DNA of 62,195 nucleotides from Candidatus Melainabacteria bacterium GWF2_37_15 (GTDB lineage Bacteria; Cyanobacteriota; Vampirovibrionia; Gastranaerophilales; UBA9971): NCBI GenBank assembly GCA_001784565.1, contig MFRL01000086.1, positions 1 to 62,195 of the forward strand, read 5' to 3'. Shown piece by piece: positions 56,901 to 62,195 of this stretch (position 1 is its first letter; each line of letters starts with the position of its first letter). The notes under the pieces were generated by a model. It saw only the letters and a program-made list of their open reading frames with translations, ran no database searches and was not told where the DNA came from. The position numbers and the translations under genes were made by a program.

Positions 56901-57808
56901 TTGAAAATTGTATTTTTAAGAATCTTGCAACATATTTTAAGAGCTTTACTAATACAATTAACTGTAAAATTTTAAATAATAAATTTTTCAATGGTGTTAA
57001 TAATGCCCCTGATCCGTGGTTTATTAAGGCGGTCAATGCTGACAATTTGCTGATTCAGAATAACTTTATCGAAAAAGGCACAAAATTCGTATCAATTCAA
57101 AACTGCGGTGATTTTGTCTGCAAAAATAATAAACTTAAAGGCTTTTATGACACTGTTGTTCTGGATGATGTTTCAGGAAATGACGGATATATATTTAAAA
57201 ATAATGATTTTGAAGGGTTTAGTGAAATTTATGCTGCCAGCGCGGGAGGATCCAGTAACAGCATAAATATCAAGCATAATCACATTTACACAGAGGTCAT
57301 AACTTCGGATCTGGTCACAATTTCTGGGAAAAACATCACCAATAATATACCATTTGATAGTACAACTCCCTGGATTGATGAAGGTGAGGTAATTCTAAAC
57401 TGTGTTTATACACCAAAGAACTCAAAAGCAAGAGTTAAAATTGATGCAATTGTCCCTGCAGTGTATACAGATATAGCCACAAATGCAGTGCTGGCGCTTT
57501 ATAAAAATGGAAGCTGTATTGCTGCGAATGGAATAAGGCTTCCGAATACCGGATCAAGCTCCGGGCATTTCATGCAGCTATCAACTGCAATAGATATATC
57601 AAGCTTAACTCCGTTTTCTCTAGCTTTACATATCGGGCCAAAAACCAGTGGACCAGTATTGACGGTGGGCGATAGATTCAACGGGCTAGGACTTCCTTAC
57701 TTGCTGATTACGGAAATAGGGCATAGCGAGCAAACAGAATATATATACCTGGAAGACCTTTCCGGCCGAATTTTAACGGAAAATTACGAAAGAATAACCA
57801 AGGAGTGA
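53909..57808 (+). CDS. Host-specificity / central tail fibre protein (lambda gpJ-like N-terminal two fifths) with right-handed beta-helix, pectate-lyase-like C-terminal region
   Basis: The N-terminus has a hydrophobic Ala/Gly segment followed by PRPIIYGQVKAAGNKIWQ. From about residue 700, repeats such as NNVVRNGIITN, NNIVRNCIIDT, IIENCIFKN, ILNNKFFNG, LIQNNFIEKG, VCKNNKLKG and IFKNNDFEG occur. Confidence 0.8.
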   Translation: MAQLIIGAIATIGSAIAGASATVATFAAAAGAVRVVALVYTVIDALTNKQTSPIDGGEASPTYTFGKLQTQVSNLLPRPIIYGQVKAAGNKIWQTGENTSSIRQIVCFCDGEISSISSVKLNDEDISSLSGCSYTAYYGNGTQSIDSSIPGATQENKAAVVGGLKYDAYLAITAQASKTLSNSGFNVTCIIEGRKIRIYSNISTYGVQYSNNPAWCILDFLTCYNGVGLSHGEIDIQSFIDAAIYCDTLVDGQKRFTLNLVLDAKQSRLDWLNAMLLVCRGYILYQDGKIHLKIDQSGTSVQSFDGSNIIAGSEKFWTTPRENKYDIIKVQFIDPENEYARVYAVAELPAYGNEQPLVKTVEAFGITNFKQASRLAWFYLNESATTNKFISFSTTKEGLDRTVGDIIDVSSTIMGYSAKLFRIIAMNELQEGQIEVTCKEYNENLYNDTQGSVAPSIDVIAGTNTFDTAVTDITLQGNTDNDQTRVLQKLIDNLAAQAGGTLNVDAKESGVYINASLNVKSNVHVNFKCPVFLGQYGQIRIYGGFAETPSENLPQIRADLTIGTKTIYCGTGAESLASSYSVGDRIIIRGLSDGNGEAVEYQEAIVASVDVGNNNITIEEDLEYNFKAEYPTGDYEENFSVVDRTYITFQTFTTLSANANRGNTSITVANATNFTIGDYIFFGDDKTPSDITGTSTNTFRHEVNKIINITDTTINLENALCHDYETSYKAYIVKMNMVENASIRGAKVNYTAEPYTFTINAFVIAYAKDCWIQDCVVENEGAYTSKGHGFRIDRAINCHTYNCAIYPPGYTGAAEGYGFTFYRSNHCSHNNAYARGCRHSFLAFRGASHNRFNNVISVNCRKSDIDFHGGDEYGNVVDGFTIVGGDQIIDSHIEAIKFGNESHVTGSCNNVVRNGIITNYKGYGVSFVPISNNNVVENVTFKNINQLIRCVDLSADGTLSACNNIVRNCIIDTVTADLGYIDSTANGGSSQIIDGLIIENCIFKNLATYFKSFTNTINCKILNNKFFNGVNNAPDPWFIKAVNADNLLIQNNFIEKGTKFVSIQNCGDFVCKNNKLKGFYDTVVLDDVSGNDGYIFKNNDFEGFSEIYAASAGGSSNSINIKHNHIYTEVITSDLVTISGKNITNNIPFDSTTPWIDEGEVILNCVYTPKNSKARVKIDAIVPAVYTDIATNAVLALYKNGSCIAANGIRLPNTGSSSGHFMQLSTAIDISSLTPFSLALHIGPKTSGPVLTVGDRFNGLGLPYLLITEIGHSEQTEYIYLEDLSGRILTENYERITKE

Positions 57809-57823
57809 CCAAGGAGTAAATAT

Positions 57824-58099
57824 ATGGCTGATAAAAAAATAACTCAATTAGATGAATTAACAAGCGTGAGTTCATCAGATTTAATGCTTGTGATTGATGA
57901 TCCAGCAGGCACACCAGTAAGCAAAAAAGCTACTATCCAAAATGTTGTAAACGCCGGGGCATCAGGTGTTTATTGTCGTTGGCGGGGCAGTGGATCAAGC
58001 ACACCCGATAGTCCGCAGGAAGGTGATATTTGGAACGACACTACCAGCGGCAATATTATTAAAATTTACGCAAACAGCGATTGGAGAGTATTAAACTAA
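57824..58099 (+). CDS. Small tail-fibre-like protein
   Basis: The N-terminal KITQLDELTSVSSSDLMLVIDD...SKKATI motif is common at tail-fibre N-termini. The C-terminus is GDIWNDTTSGNIIKIYANSDW. Confidence 0.45.
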   Translation: MADKKITQLDELTSVSSSDLMLVIDDPAGTPVSKKATIQNVVNAGASGVYCRWRGSGSSTPDSPQEGDIWNDTTSGNIIKIYANSDWRVLN

Positions 58100-58100
58100 T

Positions 58101-58487
58101 ATGACCGTAATGTTAAGAACACAGAATTTTCAGGCATATGAACTGAAATGCAAATGCGGCTGCGGAAAACTTAATTATGACAACCTTTTTCTTATGAAAC
58201 TTGAAGTATTTCGCTATTTACTGGGCAGTAGGCTAGAAGTGACATCAGGATGTCGGTGTATTAAACACAATCAAGCTGCTGAAGGTAAAAAAAATTCCTG
58301 CCACATTTGCGAAGGAAGAGCAGCAACAGCTGTAGACATATCCCCATTAGATACCGGCTGTTTAAATGTTTTTATTTTAGCGGTGAAAACAGGCTTTTTT
58401 AATGAAGTAATCTGGTATAAAACCAGAAATTTTATACATTTAGGCGTAGATAAAAACCAGAAGGAGCCCTATTATGAAATTATTTGA
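58101..58487 (+). CDS. Peptidase M15A-type endolysin
   Basis: Motifs are FQAYELKCKCGCG, VTSGCRCIKHN and SCHICEGRAATAVDIS (H..G.A.D zinc ligands), followed by IHLGVD. Confidence 0.8.
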   Translation: MTVMLRTQNFQAYELKCKCGCGKLNYDNLFLMKLEVFRYLLGSRLEVTSGCRCIKHNQAAEGKKNSCHICEGRAATAVDISPLDTGCLNVFILAVKTGFFNEVIWYKTRNFIHLGVDKNQKEPYYEII

Positions 58488-58689
58488 CGTTATTGTTGAT
58501 GCTGTAATGACAGCAGAAAAGGAATTCGGCGCAGGCCAGGGATTAAATAAAAAAGAACAGGTAATTAGCATGGTGAATGCGGTTGTCGATATTCCCGGGA
58601 TTCCTGAGTTTCTTGAAGAGAAGATTTTTTCCCTGATAATTGACCTTGTAGTCTACTTATTTAATAAATACAAGCTATTTGAAAAATAA
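58474..58689 (+). CDS. Holin-like small protein (tentative)
   Basis: It is 71 aa, overlaps the endolysin end, has hydrophobic N- and C-terminal segments, and contains a G.G..KKEQV motif reminiscent of phi-LC3/Hol44-type holins. Confidence 0.4.
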   Translation: MKLFDVIVDAVMTAEKEFGAGQGLNKKEQVISMVNAVVDIPGIPEFLEEKIFSLIIDLVVYLFNKYKLFEK

Positions 58690-58719
58690 TAAAATATATT
58701 ACCTAGAAGCTTATTTTCA

Positions 58720-58753
58720 AGCCTCTGGCCATTTAAGGCCAGAGGCTTTTTTA
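58720..58753 (+). terminator. Rho-independent terminator closing the phage-like operon
   Basis: The stem is agcctctggcc / ggccagaggct with loop atttaa, followed by tttttatt. Confidence 0.7.
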
Positions 58754-58837
58754 TTGAAAATTTATAGTGCCAGATATTGACACTAGTGCCGAAATATGGT
58801 ACTATAATTTTGTATCATGTTTTTAAGGAATAATAAA

Positions 58838-59068
58838 ATGACAAAGAAAGAAAAACTGATACAAAAAGTTCTCTCGGGGACAATCTCAACAGTCGAAGCT
58901 ATGAAAATCTTAACACAAATAGGCTATGAGACGAACTCCACAAAGGGGAGTCATCAAGTTTGGAGAAAGCCAGGAAGGCAACCAATCGTTTTGATTCTAA
59001 GCAAGAAAGACCTCCCTTTTTTTCTGAGAGAGCAAATTGTAGAAGCAATGAGGATGGAGGGGATATAA
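58838..59068 (+). CDS. hicA: HicA-family toxin (mRNA interferase)
   Basis: The sequence reads KILTQIGYETNSTKGSHQVWRKPGRQPIVL. I preferred the AGGA-preceded ATG at 58838 over the track start. Confidence 0.85.
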   Translation: MTKKEKLIQKVLSGTISTVEAMKILTQIGYETNSTKGSHQVWRKPGRQPIVLILSKKDLPFFLREQIVEAMRMEGI

Positions 59069-59154
59069 TCCCCCCTCTGGCCTCTAAGCAGGTAGAAATC
59101 GTGGTCGACTTTGGATTTTTACCTTTTAGTAATGGTTAATATAAAGGAGAATTT

Positions 59155-59529
59155 ATGAGTATGTCATCATCGGGTGCCAAAAAAGATTTAAATTATTATT
59201 TAAATCTTCCTTGGACCTTTAGGTTCGAATGGGATCCAAGAGATAATATTTATGTCGCTAGTGTAGCTGAATTAAAAGGTTGCATGAGCTACGGCGATAC
59301 AATAGCCGAAGCAGCTAATAATATAAAGGAAGCTCTTGAAGCCTATTTAATATCTTTATTAAAAGACAATATAGAAATACCTGAACCTTTAGCTCCAAGT
59401 GAATATTCTGGAAGATTTAATTTAAGAATTCCTCCAGAAAAACATTACAAATTGGCAAAAAAGGCCTCTATTGAAGGCAAAAGCCTCAATGCCCTCATAA
59501 ATGAAATAATTGAAAAAGAGGTTGCTTAA
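59155..59529 (+). CDS. hicB: HicB-family antitoxin (UPF0150 fold plus C-terminal RHH)
   Basis: The core is YVASVAELKGCMSYGDTIAEAANNIKEALEAYL and the C-terminus is RIPPEKHYKLAKKASIEGKSLNALINEII. Confidence 0.85.
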   Translation: MSMSSSGAKKDLNYYLNLPWTFRFEWDPRDNIYVASVAELKGCMSYGDTIAEAANNIKEALEAYLISLLKDNIEIPEPLAPSEYSGRFNLRIPPEKHYKLAKKASIEGKSLNALINEIIEKEVA

Positions 59530-59548
59530 TTTCAAATTTAAATCTCAT

Positions 59549-59583
59549 AAAAAGCCCCTCCTTAACCGGTCAGGGGCTTTTTA
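59549..59583. terminator. Bidirectional hairpin terminator between hicB and trpB
   Basis: In aaaagcccct...aggggcttttt, an A-run and a T-run flank the stem. The T-run overlaps the trpB stop. Confidence 0.6.
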
Positions 59584-60789
59584 TTGACCAATTTCCTTAA
59601 AATTTAACACGCTCTGCTGGTCTTTATCCCCCCTGCCGGACAGACAGACAACAACCATTTCATTTTTGCTAGTAGTTGGCATTAATTCCTCAAGATAAGC
59701 CAGTGCATGAGCTGATTCCAACGCCGGAACGATACCTTCAAGCTTGGATAAAAGATGAAAGGCATTAACAGCCTGCTTATCAGTGATTGGATAGTATTTT
59801 ACCCTACCTGTTTCTTTTAAATAACTGTGCTCAGGCCCAACTCCCGGGTAATCCAGTCCTGCAGAAATACTGTGGGCTTCCTGAATTTGTCCATAATTGT
59901 CTTGAAGTACATAACTCATCGAGCCATGAAGCACTCCCGGCGTGCCTTTTGTAATACTGGCAGCAGTTTTGTCTGTTTCTACACCATGCCCCGCGGCTTC
60001 AAGGCCAATAACTTTAACTGATTCTTCCCCAAGGAAACTGTAAAACATTCCCATGGAGTTACTTCCACCCCCAATACAAGCAATAACATAATCCGGCAAT
60101 GTTTGCAGCTGTTCTTTTGCTTCTTTTCCTATCACTGACTGAAAATTCCTTACCATCATCGGGTAAGGGTGCGGCCCAACGGTTGAACCTATTATGTAAT
60201 GAGTATTATCTACGTTTGTTACCCAGTCCCTGATTGCCTCGCTTGTCGCATCCTTTAAAGTTCTACTGCCGGAATAAACTGAATTCACCTGTGCACCGAG
60301 GAGCTTCATTCTTTCAACGTTAGTGGACTGACGTTTTGTGTCCTCTTCACCCATATAAATCTCGCACTGCAAGCCAAAAAGCGCGCAGGCAGTAGCTGTA
60401 GCAACTCCATGCTGGCCAGCTCCGGTTTCAGCGATTATTCTTGGCTTTCTCATCCTTTTTGCTAGCATTGCCTGGCCAAGTGCGTTGTTGATTTTATGCG
60501 CCCCGGTATGGTTTAAATCTTCTCTTTTTAGATATATTTTGCCTTTGCCATAGTGCTCAGTTAATCTTTTTGCAAAATACAGAGGTGTTGGCCTGCCGGA
60601 ATACTCTCTCATTAGGCTGTACAATTCATTAAGAAATGATTCATCATTCCAGGCTTGATTAAAAGCAGCTTCCAGCTCGTACAAAGCACCCATCAGAGTT
60701 TCAGGAACATATTTACCGCCGAATTGTTCATACCTGCCTTTTAAATTAGGCAGGTCATATGGCTTATTTTTTTCAAAATAGTGCGACAT
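59581..60789 (-). CDS. trpB: Tryptophan synthase beta chain
   Basis: Motifs are [39 protein letters not shown] and GGGSNSMG. Confidence 0.93.
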   Translation of the reverse strand: MSHYFEKNKPYDLPNLKGRYEQFGGKYVPETLMGALYELEAAFNQAWNDESFLNELYSLMREYSGRPTPLYFAKRLTEHYGKGKIYLKREDLNHTGAHKINNALGQAMLAKRMRKPRIIAETGAGQHGVATATACALFGLQCEIYMGEEDTKRQSTNVERMKLLGAQVNSVYSGSRTLKDATSEAIRDWVTNVDNTHYIIGSTVGPHPYPMMVRNFQSVIGKEAKEQLQTLPDYVIACIGGGSNSMGMFYSFLGEESVKVIGLEAAGHGVETDKTAASITKGTPGVLHGSMSYVLQDNYGQIQEAHSISAGLDYPGVGPEHSYLKETGRVKYYPITDKQAVNAFHLLSKLEGIVPALESAHALAYLEELMPTTSKNEMVVVCLSGRGDKDQQSVLNFKEIGQ

Positions 60790-60846
60790 ATCAATGATTT
60801 TATCACAAAATACTCCGCAAAATCCTCCGAATTATTGATCAAACTT

Positions 60847-61728
60847 ATGCGGGAATTAGCTATATTAAGCAAGTACAAGAGTGAGAGAGATGGAATTTTG
60901 ACGAAGCTGCATGTAATAAACGGCAATAATGCCCGTAAAACCAAGGATTATAATGACATAGACCTTAATAACTGGAAGGATTATAACCATATTGAAACCG
61001 GAACGCTATGGATGTTCAACTCCAGGGCAAAAACCAATGGCCATAAGTTTGACTACCACGGGAATTTTATCCCACAGATAGCGGAACAACTTTTCTCCAG
61101 ATTTACAAAACCGGGCGATATAATACTTGACCTGTTTTTAGGTTCTGGCACCTCCGCAATAGAAGCTGTTAACAGGGAAAGAAAATGTATTGGCGTGGAA
61201 TTAAAGCCTGAGTTGGCTGAAAAAGTCAGAACTTACGTTAATAGTCCTGATTTTGTCGATGTAATATGCGAGGATAGCACTTCAGCTAAAGCAAAAGAAA
61301 AAATTAACAAGTCTCTTAAAAAATTTAATGCGGAAAAGGCCCAGTTTTTAGTGCTTCACCCGCCATACGCTGATATTATTAAATTCAGCGACAAGCGCAA
61401 AGACTTATCTAACTGTGCATCAACTGAAGAATTTCTCGATAATTTCAAAAAAGTAGCGCAGAACGGCTATGACTGCCTTGAAAAGAGCAGATATGCCGCT
61501 TTAATCATAGGCGATAAATACTCCAAGGGCGAGCTTGTGCCGTTGAGCTTCCTTTGTATGCAAAAAATGAATGAAGTAGGTTTTAAAACCAAGTCCATAA
61601 TCGTAAAAAATATAGAAGGCAACGAAATCGGCAAGGGCAGAACTAATAATTTATGGCGTTATCGCGCGTTAGCTGGTGGGTTCTATATCTTTAAACATGA
61701 ATATATAATGATTTTTCAGAAAAAGTAG
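60847..61728 (+). CDS. SAM-dependent methyltransferase (DNA N6/N4 or RNA), orphan; start uncertain
   Basis: YHGNFIPQIAEQLFSRFTKPGDIILDLFLGSGTSAIEA (motif I) is followed about 80 aa later by LVLHPPYADII (motif IV, PPY). The track start at GTG 60781 overlaps the divergent trpB start, so I used the ATG at 60847. Confidence 0.6.
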   Translation: MRELAILSKYKSERDGILTKLHVINGNNARKTKDYNDIDLNNWKDYNHIETGTLWMFNSRAKTNGHKFDYHGNFIPQIAEQLFSRFTKPGDIILDLFLGSGTSAIEAVNRERKCIGVELKPELAEKVRTYVNSPDFVDVICEDSTSAKAKEKINKSLKKFNAEKAQFLVLHPPYADIIKFSDKRKDLSNCASTEEFLDNFKKVAQNGYDCLEKSRYAALIIGDKYSKGELVPLSFLCMQKMNEVGFKTKSIIVKNIEGNEIGKGRTNNLWRYRALAGGFYIFKHEYIMIFQKK

Positions 61729-61752
61729 TCAATTTAATAATAAAAAGATTCT

Positions 61753-61790
61753 AAAAAAGGGACGCTGACTTTGCCAGCGTCCCTTTTTTT
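61753..61790. terminator. Bidirectional rho-independent terminator
   Basis: The structure is aaaaaa gggacgctg actttgc cagcgtccc ttttttt. Confidence 0.7.
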
Positions 61791-61806
61791 ATTTCCTGAT
61801 TAAATC

Positions 61807-62195
61807 CTAATTCCCGTCCAGCAAATTCCCCAACCCGCCAAAGGAATCCAGAATACTTCCTTCACCTTTTCTTGAAGAGGGGTTAACCTGCGGCGCCGCC
61901 TGGTATATCCTGTTTGCCAGCCTGCTTAAAGGCATTGACTGTACCCAAACAACGCCCGGCCCTTTCAGTTTTGCATGGAATAATCCCTCACCACCGAAAA
62001 ATACTGTCTTAATACCTTTTACAAACTGGATATCATAGTCAATATCCTTAGTAAAAGCTACCAGACAGCCTGTATCTACTCTAAGTGTTTCATTAGGGCC
62101 GAGTTCAACTGCTTTTACAGTGCCGCAGGCATGGACAAAAACCAGCCCGTCGCCTTCGAGTTTCTGCATAATAAAACCTTCACCGCCAAAGAATC
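61807..62195 (-). CDS. TIGR00266/AIM24-like protein (DUF124), N-terminus off the window end
   Basis: [22 protein letters not shown] is present, and the frame continues upstream of the track Met as [14 protein letters not shown] to the window edge. Confidence 0.7.
   Translation of the reverse strand, partial: FFGGEGFIMQKLEGDGLVFVHACGTVKAVELGPNETLRVDTGCLVAFTKDIDYDIQFVKGIKTVFFGGEGLFHAKLKGPGVVWVQSMPLSRLANRIYQAAPQVNPSSRKGEGSILDSFGGLGNLLDGN

Noticed and set aside
53909-57808. Diversity-generating retroelement targeting the tail fibre
   Set aside because: The window has no reverse transcriptase gene. I saw no template/variable repeat pair with A-specific mismatches near the 3' end of the fibre genes.
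59581-60789. trpB without an adjacent trpA, as evidence that the phage-like cluster split a trp operon
   Set aside because: No trpA fragment or other trp gene is visible on either side, and a clean bidirectional terminator follows trpB. Stand-alone trpB genes are common, so the window does not support the idea.

Overview
Low-GC bacterial chromosome segment using the standard genetic code: TGA works as a stop in several ATGA/TGATG gene overlaps. I cannot assign a taxon from sequence alone. There are five blocks.
(1) 1-12.4 kb, housekeeping: partial cysK, a transglutaminase-TPR protein, a TPR-GAF-HD-GYP protein, lepB, a polyprenyl synthase, two tRNA-Leu genes, MgtC, a DnaQ-like exonuclease, and a HigBA-like pair whose toxin has a nonsense codon.
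(2) 12.4-35.1 kb, a ~23 kb surface-glycan cluster: rmlBCD, PglF/E/C-like genes, FdtA, three DegT aminotransferases, several glycosyltransferases, about five methyltransferases, two sulfotransferase-like genes, a radical SAM enzyme and Wzx.
(3) 35.1-40.2 kb, an island of single orphan genes separated by dense mosaics of short palindromic repeat modules, ending at tRNA-Thr.
(4) 40.3-59.5 kb, a phage-like head-tail-lysis cluster with Mu-type head genes and a lambda/RcGTA-type non-contractile tail tip. I see no integrase, replication or recombination genes, and the same host repeat modules sit inside it. It ends in HicAB.
(5) 59.6-62.2 kb: trpB, an orphan methyltransferase and a partial TIGR00266/AIM24-like gene.
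The most unusual locus is a cargo cassette (51.0-52.9 kb) that splits the conserved tail-tip operon. It encodes a protein joining the terminal zinc-ribbon motif of the MuF/SPP1-gp7 domain to a serum-amyloid-A-like domain. Small membrane proteins follow, along with a decayed duplicate of the gene's 3' end, an architecture reminiscent of polymorphic effector/immunity loci.
All family assignments come from motif reading by eye and need HMM or BLAST confirmation.
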